Assembly (NCBI GenBank): GCA_963765765.1
Contig: CAVXYC010000004.1
Coordinates: 1-34,293 of the forward strand
Source: an uncultured Chloroflexia bacterium
GTDB lineage: Bacteria > Chloroflexota > UBA6077 > JACCZL01
Reading direction: 5' to 3'
DNA length: 34,293 nucleotides
Below are positions 22,371 through 31,900 of this stretch, one piece after another. Position 1 is the stretch's first letter. Every line of letters starts with the position of its first letter. A program made the translations under genes and the position numbers. Under the pieces are notes generated by a model. It searched no databases and had not been told where the DNA came from. It saw nothing but the letters and a program-made list of their open reading frames with translations.

Positions 22371-23468
22371 ATGACCGAGAGTCTCGCGGCCGTCGTAGTC
22401 GAGTTCGGCAAAGACCTGGAGCTGCGGCACATCCCAATTCCGGAGCTGGATCCCGGCGGTGTGCTAGTGCGCGTGGACGCCGCCACCCTGTGCGGCACGG
22501 ACGTGCATTTCTGGCATGGGCAGATCATCAATCAGGAAAGTGTCCCCTACATCCCCGGCCACGAGACGTGCGGGACGATCGTGGATGTCCAGGGCCCGCG
22601 CACGGACATGCTCGGTGCGCCTCTGAAGGTCGGCGATCGCATCATCGCCGCATATCCGTTTTGCGGTCACTGTTATTACTGTACGGTGGCGCGACAACCG
22701 GTCCTCTGCCCCAACGTCGTCGCCTACGGCCGCATTCGCTGTGATCAACCGCCGTATCTCCTGGGGGGCTGCGCCGAGCATCATTACTTCCCGCCCGGAT
22801 GTGACATCGTTCGCGTCCCGGATGGCGTTTCGCCAGCGCTAGCAGCGTCTGCTGCGTGCGCGCTGCGAACTATCATGCACGCCTTCGAAAAGATCGGAAG
22901 CGTTGCCAGCAACGACACCGTCCTGGTGCAAGGTGCGGGTCCTGTGGGCTTGTACGCAGCCGCGGTGGCGCGTGACCGGGGTGCCCGCAAGGTGCTCGTT
23001 ATCGGCGCACCGGCCTCACGGTTGGAAGTGGCAACGATGTTCGGCGCGGACGACGTGCTGGACTTGGAGACCCATCCTGATCCCGCTGAACGACTAAGCT
23101 GGGCGCGCGATCACACCGACGGACGCGGCGCGGACATCGTGCTGCAGTGCGCTACGTCGGCGGCGATTCCGGAGGGTCTCGACCTCGTACGAAACGGTGG
23201 CCGCTTTGTGACCATTGGCGCGTCCGGCGGGAACATCGAGCTTCCGGCAGCGCTCTTCACCGTGAAATACGTGGACGTGCTGGGCATTTTGATGGCCGAG
23301 GGCAGGCATTTTCTTCAGGCCATCGATTTCCTCGATACACGCAAAGGTCGATTCCCCTTTCAGGAAATGATCACCGGCCAGTACCCGCTCAGCCGAGTTG
23401 GCGAAGCATTGGGCGCCATGGCTGATTTCCGCGAAGTCAAGCCGGTGATCGTTCCGAGCCTGAGCTAA
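22371..23468 (+). CDS. Zinc-dependent alcohol dehydrogenase (MDR superfamily)
   Basis: CGTDVH, PGHE, structural Zn CGHCYYC...LC, third ligand in ACALRT, GAGPVG. Confidence 0.93.
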   Translation: MTESLAAVVVEFGKDLELRHIPIPELDPGGVLVRVDAATLCGTDVHFWHGQIINQESVPYIPGHETCGTIVDVQGPRTDMLGAPLKVGDRIIAAYPFCGHCYYCTVARQPVLCPNVVAYGRIRCDQPPYLLGGCAEHHYFPPGCDIVRVPDGVSPALAASAACALRTIMHAFEKIGSVASNDTVLVQGAGPVGLYAAAVARDRGARKVLVIGAPASRLEVATMFGADDVLDLETHPDPAERLSWARDHTDGRGADIVLQCATSAAIPEGLDLVRNGGRFVTIGASGGNIELPAALFTVKYVDVLGILMAEGRHFLQAIDFLDTRKGRFPFQEMITGQYPLSRVGEALGAMADFREVKPVIVPSLS

Positions 23469-23727
23469 CAGGGTGCGAGAAACTGCATCTGACGTCTTGT
23501 AGACCCGAAACCGCGTCGGAAAGGGATCAGCGGCCGCGCAGGCGACGGCGGTAGTGTTTAGCGGACTCTTCTTGCTTCGGAACTGTAAGTTCCACCTACC
23601 ACACTTGCTTAGAAACGACCTCAGCATCTGTCATACCCGCAACGTCAGGTTGCCTTCATCGTCGAGGCGTGTGACCGCTACACTCTACGATAGTTCTTCA
23701 CTCCTAACACGGCGCCTGACTGAGATA

Positions 23728-24065
23728 CTAGTGGCATCGACGCCATCCGGGCAACACGCCGGTCATGAGGCCATACAGCCAGGCACCCAACAGCGCCCGC
23801 GGCGCGTAGACCGGGGCCCCGCGCGCGCCGCCGTCCGGATCGATGCCTATGGCTCGCCACGCGGCCCCGTCGAGTGCATCGACCACTGCGGCGACGAAGC
23901 GGGCGGGATGGTCGGCGGGAAGATCTCCTCAAACTGGGGGCCAGAACCAGGCCTGCACACGGGAAAAGGACCGCACCGGGCATCCGCCCCACTCCTTCTC
24001 CGGATCGCCCGAAGGGTGCGTACCCGCCCACTCCGCCGGTCGACAGAAGATTGTGAGACACCCTC
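23728..24065 (-). mobile_element. IS1182-family relic: left end plus degraded 5' transposase fragment
   Basis: Minus strand: terminal GAGGGTGTCTCACAA (24065-24051), AAGGAG RBS, ATG 23983, frame-corrected VRSFSRVQAWFWPP..LPADHPARFVAAVVDALD...GAPVYAPRALLGAWLYGLMTGV (DUF772-like), ending at TAG 23728. Confidence 0.8.
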
Positions 24066-24126
24066 TCACGTGCGCGGCTCGGAGATTGAAGGAGCCGCAC
24101 CCTTATGGGATTCGGCTCAGTTTTAT

Positions 24127-24519
24127 TCATCCGTGCCAGTCGGGGTGATCGTCCCATTGGCTTATGACGCTGTTGGCGGCCTCGAGCGCGTGGTTCGTCT
24201 TGGGAAAGCCGATGTACGGCGCGCACTGAACGATCGTCTCGATGATCTCTTCGCGGGTTGCACCGCGGTTGAGCGCGCCGCGCGTGTGAATGGCCACCTC
24301 GCCGGGCAGGTCCTGCGCCGCGGTGGCAGCAATCACGATCAGCTCGCGCAGCTTCAGGTCCAGGCCAGGGCGAGCCCAGATGGTGCCGAAACAGTATTCC
24401 AGGATACTTTCAGCATGCCCGGGATCTATCTCATTGAGAGCGCGCCAGCGCTCTTCGCCGTTCTCACCAAAGGCACTCCGTCGGATCTCCTGGCCACGTT
24501 GCCGTCGATCGTCACTCAT
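24127..24519 (-). CDS. Carboxymuconolactone decarboxylase family protein (PcaC-like, no CxxC)
   Basis: GGAGG RBS; FGTIWARPGLDLKLRELI, HTRGALNRGATREEIIETI..APYIGFP. Confidence 0.88.
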   Translation of the reverse strand: MSDDRRQRGQEIRRSAFGENGEERWRALNEIDPGHAESILEYCFGTIWARPGLDLKLRELIVIAATAAQDLPGEVAIHTRGALNRGATREEIIETIVQCAPYIGFPKTNHALEAANSVISQWDDHPDWHG

Positions 24520-24545
24520 CGCGAGCCTCCTCTCAACTTGGGCGG

Positions 24546-25407
24546 TTATCGGAACAGCGGATGCCCGATGCCTGGCGTCTTCACACGTAGGCTGTAGATG
24601 GACGTACGAGCAGTGAAGTAGATCGTTCTCAGATCTGGCCCGCCAAAGACCAGATTCGCGGGGACCTCCGGCGTGCGGATAATACCGAGCCTTCTCGCCA
24701 GCGGGATTGAATACCCACGTGCCACCCGCGCCGGTGCAAAGGATATTGCCAGCAACATCTACTTTCATACCGTCCGGCACGCCGTCCGTCTCGTCCGACG
24801 ACATATCGGCAAAGATCCGCCGCCGTACTACCGTCCGATCATCTGCGAGCTCGAAGACGTGGATGTATTGACTGAATCGCGTGTTGGAGACGTAAAGCAG
24901 CTTCTCATCCGGAGAAAACGCTAGTCCGTTGGGGTACTCGCAGTTGGCCACCAGCGATACATCGCCATCCGGAGCGATCCGATACACGCCGGAATAGAGC
25001 AGCTCCTTTTGATCCAGCGGTACGCGTAAACCGGGATCAGTGAAATAGAGGCTGCCATCCGAGGCGCAGATAACGTCATTCGGGCGACTGAGTCGCCCGC
25101 CTTCAAATCGGTCGACCAGTGTCTCAGCCTCCGAGCCGGGAGTCCAGCGAGCAATTCGTCGACTCCCGCCTTCGCAAACGATGATTCGACCCTGGAGATC
25201 CAGCGTCGTGCCGTTGCCGTCCCCGGTGTTCTCTCGAATCAGCTCCGGCGAGCCGCCTGGAACGAGCTTGTAGTACTTCCCGACCCAGATATCTGAGAAA
25301 GTCAGATATCCGTCCCTATGCCAGATAGGCCCCTCGACGAACTCAAAGCCCGTCGCGACCCGCTCAGGCTCGGTCGTTTCCAGAATCGCGCTGAGGTCTT
25401 CGTTCAT
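24546..25407 (-). CDS. SMP-30/gluconolactonase family protein (frameshift near 24690)
   Basis: GFEFVEGPIW, RPNDV, LYFTDP, PNGLAFSPDEK, PDGMKVDVAGN; true C-terminus PANLVFGGPDLRTIYFTA in the adjacent frame. Confidence 0.9.
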
Positions 25408-25442
25408 GCTGGCCTACCTTTCAGCTGTGCATCTCACGTCCT

Positions 25443-25534
25443 GGGACCGCGAGCGTCTCGCCCGTTCGATCAGACCGCGCCAACTACAGGGATTTGGGAG
25501 ATCTAGCCGGGACGGGCGAAACGCTCGCGGTCCC
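25443..25534. repeat. REP-like 23-bp inverted repeat pair
   Basis: GGGACCGCGAGCGTCTCGCCCGT versus ACGGGCGAAACGCTCGCGGTCCC (22/23 complementary). Confidence 0.8.
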
Positions 25535-25544
25535 AAGGGCTGTC

Positions 25545-26631
25545 CTATCCATTGGGCGTGATCACCGCCACAATGGCTTCCAGCGTCTCACTGGCACGGA
25601 ATGCCTCGTTCGCCTGGTCCAGCCCGTATTTGTGGGACACCATGCGCTCGACCGGGTACGGCGTCATGGTCTGCATGGCTTCGAGGCAACGGATGAATGA
25701 CTCCGGGTCGGCTCCCGACACGCCAGTTACCCGCAGCCCCTTCTGCACGATATGAGCTGGATTGATGGGCACCGCGCCAAAGTCCGTGGCTGAGCCAACC
25801 AACAGATAACGGCCACCGGAGCGGACCATCTCCAGCCCCTCCTGAACGACGGACTTGGTCCCGGCGCACTCGATGACGACGTCCGCGCCGCGGCCGTTGG
25901 TGATATCCCGAATGCGCTGCACACGCGCTTCCGGCGTGGGAAAATCCTGCAGATCCAGCGTTTCCGTAGCGCCCAGCTCAAGCGCCATCTCGAGCCGATG
26001 TGACGGCGCACCAATCATGATGACTCGGCCGCGCCCGCGATCTTCGCCTGCACCAGGCCTGCCATGCCCATGGGTCCGGAGCCTTGAACGACGACGGTGT
26101 CTGCCAGACCAATGCCGCCCATGCGCTGAATGCCGCGCCAGAGGGTGGGGTTGCCGGTCACGCTGATAAGTGCCCGCTCCGACGTCACGTCGTCCGGAAT
26201 TTTCAGAATCCATCGACGTGTCGGCTCTAGGTAGACGTACTGGCTGAAGCCTCCGGTAATGTGCGGCGGCTCGGTGAATGGCCGCATGCCGTACATCATG
26301 CGCTCTTCGCAGTTTTCACCCATGGCGCAGCTTCGGCACTTACCGCACGGTGCCGAGCGGAAGAGAACGCGATCACCCTCCCGTAGCGGTTGACCGAGTA
26401 CGTCCTTATCCAGTCCCTGTCCCGCCATCGCGAGCGTAGCCACGTTCTCGTGGCCGAAGATCATAGGGTGCGGGGTGGTATCGATGTGCAGGTTGTGTAC
26501 GTCCGTCCCGCAGACCGCGGCCATGGACATCTTCACGATGGCACCGCCCGGCGGCGGATCGGAACCGGGAACTCCTGCACTTCCAGCGGCTTACCAGCCC
26601 CCACAAAGACCGCGGCCTTCGATGTCGTCAC
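25545..26631 (-). CDS. Zinc-dependent alcohol dehydrogenase (frameshifts near 26555 and 26030)
   Basis: GGAGG RBS and GTG; KAAVFVGAGKPL, CGTDVH, FGHE, CGKCRSC...NC, GSGPMG, GRGADVVIECAG. Confidence 0.88.
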
Positions 26632-26835
26632 GATCCCACCTCCCGATCTGCGCGTCCCTGCATTGTTGCCGGCCCATCGCCCGCCGTCAACGGGGGCATG
26701 CAAGGCAACGGAGCCGCATCCGAATCGTTGAGGGCGGCACTCGCGGGTGCTATCCTCGCGGATGGTTCCCTGCACTTCGCGTATTCATCCCAGCGAACGC
26801 GACGCACGAAGCGCCGCGGGGAGGGTACCGTCAGT

Positions 26836-28094
26836 ATGGACTCCACGTTCGTCTCTCCGATGTCACGCCGCCAGGCGCTTCGAGCTTTCGGACTCTCAGG
26901 GATTACCGCCGTGCTCGCGGCCTGCAGCCAGGCCGCCGCCCCATCGCCCACGGCGCCTGCCGCACCAGCCAAGCCCACCGCGGCTCCGCCGGCCCCCAAC
27001 ACCGCCCCAGCGGCTCCTGCTCCCACGACCGCGCCGGCCGCTGTGGCTCCTGCGGCCACTGTCCCCGGCGCGGTCAGTGATGCCGAGTGGGCCTCCATTG
27101 TAGAAGCGGCCCGCAAGGAGGGCGTCTCAGTCTGGCCACATACGCGGGTACGCCACATCGCAACATAAGCATGGCCTTCGAGGCCGCGTACCCCGGCATC
27201 AAGGTCGAGCACTCGCAATTCCAATCGTCCTCGCGTGACTACGTGCCGCGTCTACTCCAGGAGCAGAAGGCCGGTCTCTTCAATTGGGACGTAGCTCACA
27301 TGCCCGTCCAGGAGATGACCCGCCAGGTGCGGCCCGTCGGTGGCACGGAGCCAATACGGCCACACATCGTGCAAGCGCAAGCGCTGGACGACAAAGGCTG
27401 GATCGACTCGTATGAGAAGGGCTACCCGGACGACGACAGGAAATGGGGCTACGCCCTCACCCGTCAGCGCTACAAAAGCGTCTGGATCAACACCGATCTC
27501 GTGAAAGAGGGGGAGATCACCAGATTTGACGATCTGCTGGATCCCAAGTGGAAGGGGAAGGTCCTGATCGGGGACGCGCGCACCAAGGGATCGGCATTCC
27601 TGTCATTCACCGCCGTGCGGGCCAAGCGTGGCGACGCGGATATGACCACGATCATCAAAGACCACGAGGCGGCAGTCCTGGTGGACTCACGCCAGCTCGT
27701 GGAGCAGATGGTCCGCGGCCGCTACGCCTGGGGCATCGGCGCCATCGACTTTCCCGTCCTCAAGGACTTCCTGGCTCAGGGACTGGGAGGCAACCTGAAA
27801 AATATTCCCATGGTCGAGACCGACAGCGTCAACGCCGGCAACCGCACCATGTGGTACCTCAAGAACGCCCCGCATCCCAACGCTGCCAAGGTCTACATGA
27901 ACTGGTCGCTCAGCCGCGAGGCCGGCCTGATCACGTCACAGCAGGTGGAGGAGAACAGCCGGCGCGCGGATGTGCCGGTCTTTGACGAATCCACCGCGCT
28001 CCAGAAGGGCGTGGACTACGTATTCGTGGACTCCGAAGCGATGCTTGACGAAATCGAGAAAACGCAGAACCTGGCGAAATCGCTCATCAATTAG
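26836..28094 (+). CDS. Extracellular solute-binding lipoprotein (Fe3+/thiamine/polyamine-type cluster) with Tat-like signal; frameshift near 27125
   Basis: SRRQALR...VLAAC signal, Pro/Ala linker, VEAARKEG, FEAAYPGIKVE, DLLDPKWKGK, APHPNAAKVYMNW. Confidence 0.85.
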
Positions 28095-28145
28095 CGCTCC
28101 CCAGGACAATCCCTCGGTGGGGCTGGTGTCCGTACCCCTCCCAAC

Positions 28146-28248
28146 CAGCCTCAGAGCGGCGCACGCGAGTAAGCGATACCTCTCAGGAATCCCTGACGTC
28201 GCCGGGAATACGCAAGAGGAACCGCTTACTCAGGTGCCGCTGAGGTTG
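28146..28248. repeat. Long imperfect hairpin between convergent SBP genes
   Basis: CAGCCTC..AGCGGC..GAGTAAGCG..CCTCT pairs with AGAGG..CGCTTACTC..GCCGCT.GAGGTTG. Confidence 0.6.
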
Positions 28249-28256
28249 TCGGAATC

Positions 28257-29996
28257 TCAGGGCGCAGCCTTGATTCCTGTCAAATGAGTCCATGTCCCGG
28301 AGATGTTGCCGGGGAACACGTAGTCGCCAACGACGCGCGGATTGACCACCGCTTCGGTCGGCAGCCAGAAAAGCGGGATGTCCTGGTGCAATGGGAAGGC
28401 TAAGTCTCCAAGCTGACGCCACAGCTCTGCCTGCTTGGCCTCGTCCAGCTCCACGCGCACGCGGTTGAACAGCTCATCGACCTCGTAGTTTTCAACCATT
28501 GAGCCACGTGTACCGTGCACCCCCGTGTTGTAGGCACGGAACCCGAGCAGTTGGTGAGAGCTGGTACTGCGGACCTGTACTTCGTTGGTGTATTCCAGTC
28601 GCAGGCTGCGGTCGCGGATCTGTGTTGCATCCACGGTAAGCTGATCCGGCGTTACGCCGATCGTCCGCCAGTAGCCCGCGATAGCTTCGGCGATATCCTC
28701 CGATTCTGGCAGGTCCGCCAACCTCTGCATAAACATCGACGTGCTCAACGGGCGGCTTGAAGAGTATCCAGCCTCTGCCAGAAGAGCGCGCGCCTTCGCC
28801 GGGTCGTAACCGTACTCATCTTTGAACTTCGTTTCCCACTCCGGATTCCAACCGAGGCGGGTTGGGTTGTAGTGATTCAGCGCCATGACGTCGGCCTTGC
28901 CGCCAAAGAAGGCCTGATTCATCTCATCCCGATTAATCGCCTTGTTGAGCGCCCGGTGCACGCGAACGTCCATCAAGGGACTCTCCGGATACATGTAGCC
29001 TTTGGATGCGTCAACGGGATCGCTCTTGTAGCAACAGTGGAATGACGCAAACGTCCGCACACTCTGAGTTTGGCCGCGCAGCGCCTTCATTCCCTGTTTG
29101 CTCGCCTCGACGAGCAGATCCTGAGGCAGCGTGGTGGCGTGCACCTCACCCGCCTGCAGCGAAGCTAGCCGAGTGGACGCCTCCCGCTGCCAGCGGAGCT
29201 CGAGCTCCGGGAAGTCCGGCGTCGTTCGCCAGTGCTGATAGGGTACGCGCTCAAACCGAATGTGTGAGCCCTGGGTGCGGTCTTTGAACTGGTACGCACC
29301 CGTTCCCGCGGTCGGCTTCCCGGAGAGGCTTGGGCGGCCCTCAGCTTCGAAGTGCGCCTTACTCTTGATCTCAACGCCGCTCACGAGCTCGCCCGACACA
29401 TTCAGGAAATCCGCGTCGGGGCGTTTGAGCCGCACCACAATCTCATGATCGTTGACGATATCGATTCCGTCGATCAGCCCCCGGAAGTACCCCGAGTTTC
29501 CGTGCTGGGAGTCCTCCTGCATGATGTTCCAGAACGAGAACTCGACGTCTCTGGCCGTCATCTGGCCCCAGGTACCGTGGAACTGGACGCCCGGGCGCAG
29601 CTTGAATCGGTACGATTTTCCGTCCGGTTCTACGCTCCATGAGAGAGCAAGCTGCGGAACGAACTTACCATTCGCCGGGTCAACCCCGATTAAGTACTCG
29701 TACATCGGGCGGATCTGGAAACTTGGCGGCGAGCTGTAGTCACGACCGGGGTCGTTGCCCTCGGTGCTCGGGGCAGGCATGCTGAACACTAGTCGCTCAA
29801 CTCTGGCCTTGGCGGCCGGGGCCGCGGTTGGCGGGGCCGGTGCGGCGGTAGGAGCGGACGCAGCCGCCGTCGGCTTTGGAGCCTGGACGGCGGTGGGAGC
29901 AGGGGGAGTGGATGCCTGGCCGCAAGCGATGGATATGGCCAGCGGCAGGCTGACCAGGAGAACCAGTATGGGTGACGGTTTGGAATAGTGTTGCAC
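28257..29996 (-). CDS. Peptide/nickel-type ABC substrate-binding lipoprotein (SBP family 5)
   Basis: AGAGGAG RBS; lipobox-like ISIAC; PQLALSW..DGKSYRFKLRPGVQFH, TARDVEFS, GTGAYQF, YDPAKARALLAEAG. Confidence 0.92.
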   Translation of the reverse strand: MQHYSKPSPILVLLVSLPLAISIACGQASTPPAPTAVQAPKPTAAASAPTAAPAPPTAAPAAKARVERLVFSMPAPSTEGNDPGRDYSSPPSFQIRPMYEYLIGVDPANGKFVPQLALSWSVEPDGKSYRFKLRPGVQFHGTWGQMTARDVEFSFWNIMQEDSQHGNSGYFRGLIDGIDIVNDHEIVVRLKRPDADFLNVSGELVSGVEIKSKAHFEAEGRPSLSGKPTAGTGAYQFKDRTQGSHIRFERVPYQHWRTTPDFPELELRWQREASTRLASLQAGEVHATTLPQDLLVEASKQGMKALRGQTQSVRTFASFHCCYKSDPVDASKGYMYPESPLMDVRVHRALNKAINRDEMNQAFFGGKADVMALNHYNPTRLGWNPEWETKFKDEYGYDPAKARALLAEAGYSSSRPLSTSMFMQRLADLPESEDIAEAIAGYWRTIGVTPDQLTVDATQIRDRSLRLEYTNEVQVRSTSSHQLLGFRAYNTGVHGTRGSMVENYEVDELFNRVRVELDEAKQAELWRQLGDLAFPLHQDIPLFWLPTEAVVNPRVVGDYVFPGNISGTWTHLTGIKAAP

Positions 29997-30074
29997 GCGC
30001 CCTCTCCTCTGTACCTGCGTCTCGGTTTGTCCCCTAACGAGCTTGCTCCCGGATTCCGCTCCTGGTTTGAAGTA

Positions 30075-30104
30075 GCGGCCGGAGCGTGTTGGGGCTCCAG
30101 CCGC
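30075..30104. other. GC-rich intergenic hairpin
   Basis: GCGGCCGGAGC / GCTCCAGCCGC with an 8-nt loop and one mismatch; no U-tract. Confidence 0.4.
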
Positions 30105-30124
30105 GTGTTCGAATCTCTTGCGGG

Positions 30125-31014
30125 TTACACCATGACCGCTTCTTCAAAGGTGCCCGAGCCAACCTGCTCAGGTTTAAAGACGTCGAGGTCCAGTGTCCAA
30201 CGATGCGTTCGCTCGTACATCTCCCGAGTGTACGGCTCGAATACCACTCGCTCGCCGTGGCCAAATGCCCGAACGTCGACCATGCTGTGATACTTCTCCG
30301 GCATCTCCCGGAGGAAGTAATGCTTGAACCGCTCCGGTCGAGGTCGATGTCCGCCTGAGCACGTTGCAATGCTCGGAAGTACCTGTCGAGATCCTCAACC
30401 GTCGCGTCACCAGTAGACAGAAATCCGATCATGAACGTCGTATCCAGTACGCGCCGGAATCCGCGCTGCTCGGCGATGTAGTAGGGAAATTCCAAACAGA
30501 TTGGCTGCCGTAACGGTGTGGTCCAGGAGTAGCCCGAGTCGGTCCATCGGGCCGCCGCCAAACCTCAACGTGATGTCCGCCGGTTTCAGAATGTTCTCCA
30601 GCGCCTGCAGCGTGAAGAAATGACTGCCCGAATGGTAGCCCACCGCTATATCAACCCCCGCGAGGTCTTCGGGCTTGCTTACCTGGACTCGTTCGCTACG
30701 AACAAGCCCCCCGGTACCACGGAGTAGGCGTGGCCCCACATTCGGCCGTGGCTGGCGGAGGCTGCCATATTGACCATCCAGTGACAGGCTGAGCTGATTT
30801 CGCAGGCGCGACCTGCTTCCATCGACTCAAACGCGCCCTGGCGAATGTCGAGTGGGTTGCCATCGGCGGGCTGCACGCTGGGCCGCGCCTCAGCGCTTAC
30901 AGCGGCCGTGCCATGGACGAACTCGTAATCCAGACCTTCTTCGGTAAAGTACCCTAGTTCGTCAGCGACCCATTCCTGCAGTCGACCATGTGGCGTGATC
31001 CGAAACTTTGCCAT
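30125..31014 (-). CDS. NMT1/THI5-like periplasmic-binding-fold protein without signal peptide (about 3 frameshifts)
   Basis: Joined frames: MAKFRITPHGRLQEWVADELGYFTEEGLDYEF..SSACHW / KPEDLAGVDIAVGYHSGSHF / YYIAEQRGFRRVLDTTF / ERFKHYFLREMPEKY..EEAVMV-stop at 30125. Confidence 0.75.
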
Positions 31015-31146
31015 GGGCTTCTCTTTTGGTGCTCGGCCGGTCCGTACTGGCCGGAATTATGTCCCTGTTAATAGAGTACGTCAATAGTTATGCTAGGAAG
31101 CAGGATGATTTGTGATGAAGCTCGCGCCGAACCAGATGAATAAACA

Positions 31147-31728
31147 GTGAACCGGTTCACGATATCGGCGGATGGTCTGCTCTCCGATCAGTCTGTGCAA
31201 GACGTGGCGTCCATGTACCAACAATTGGCGCCGTGGGCGGACGGTCTGACAATCGAGGCCAATGCGATGGTAGTACGTGCCTATACGGCCATGATCGCCC
31301 GAAACGCTCCCTGCTGGGCTGAATTCGGCCTTTCGGACGGCCGATTTACGCTATTGCGCTGGCTCTACCAGGCCGAAAACCACCGTCTCTCGATGGTTGA
31401 GCTTGCCCGCCGGATGAAGGTAAGCCCCGCCAATGTGACGAAGCTGGCCAAAGGGCTTGAGCGCGATGGCCTGATCAAGCGCGTGAACCACCCACAGGAT
31501 CGCCGACTTGTTATCGCAGCGCTAACCCCGGAAGGGCGATCGCGATTTGAAGCTGTGCTTCCTTCCATGCGGAGACGCATGGAAGCCGCGTGGGCTGGTA
31601 TTTCCAATCAAGAGAAGCGCGTGCTTATCCACATCCTGTCCAAGCTTCAGATCACGATGCAGGCTGACGTGGACGTCGCCGCGTTGGTCCAGCGGGAACC
31701 CCAGAACGCCTCCGATTCGGAACGCTGA
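31147..31728 (+). CDS. MarR family transcriptional regulator
   Basis: FGLSDGRFTLL, ELARRMKVSPANVTKLAKGLERDGLIKR, PQDRR..LTPEG; divergent from 30125-31014. Confidence 0.92.
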   Translation: MNRFTISADGLLSDQSVQDVASMYQQLAPWADGLTIEANAMVVRAYTAMIARNAPCWAEFGLSDGRFTLLRWLYQAENHRLSMVELARRMKVSPANVTKLAKGLERDGLIKRVNHPQDRRLVIAALTPEGRSRFEAVLPSMRRRMEAAWAGISNQEKRVLIHILSKLQITMQADVDVAALVQREPQNASDSER

Positions 31729-31900
31729 CTTCGGCCCGTCCATTGACCGCGGAGCATAGTTCCACGAGCGGTCCGAAATGGGACTCGCAACAGCGCCGCG
31801 GCCGTGAGCGCGCGGTTTCCTTGAGCGCTCCGGTCTACGTCGTGGAGAGTGAGGAGGAACCCGCTTACTCACGTGCGCGGCACTGATGCTGGTTGGGGCG

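Noticed and set aside
23554-24597. 347-aa plus-strand ORF
   Set aside because: Shadow ORF antisense to the CMD gene and IS relic; no recognisable motifs.
24127-25407. Apparent 426-aa gluconolactonase-CMD fusion in the ORF track
   Set aside because: An indel near 24690 shifts the frame; the real lactonase C-terminus is in the adjacent frame with its own stop at 24546, and the CMD gene has its own GGAGG RBS and ATG.
30075-30125. GTTCGAATC resembling a tRNA T-loop (possible selC or tRNA fragment)
   Set aside because: No T-stem closure, D-arm, anticodon arm or acceptor stem can be built.
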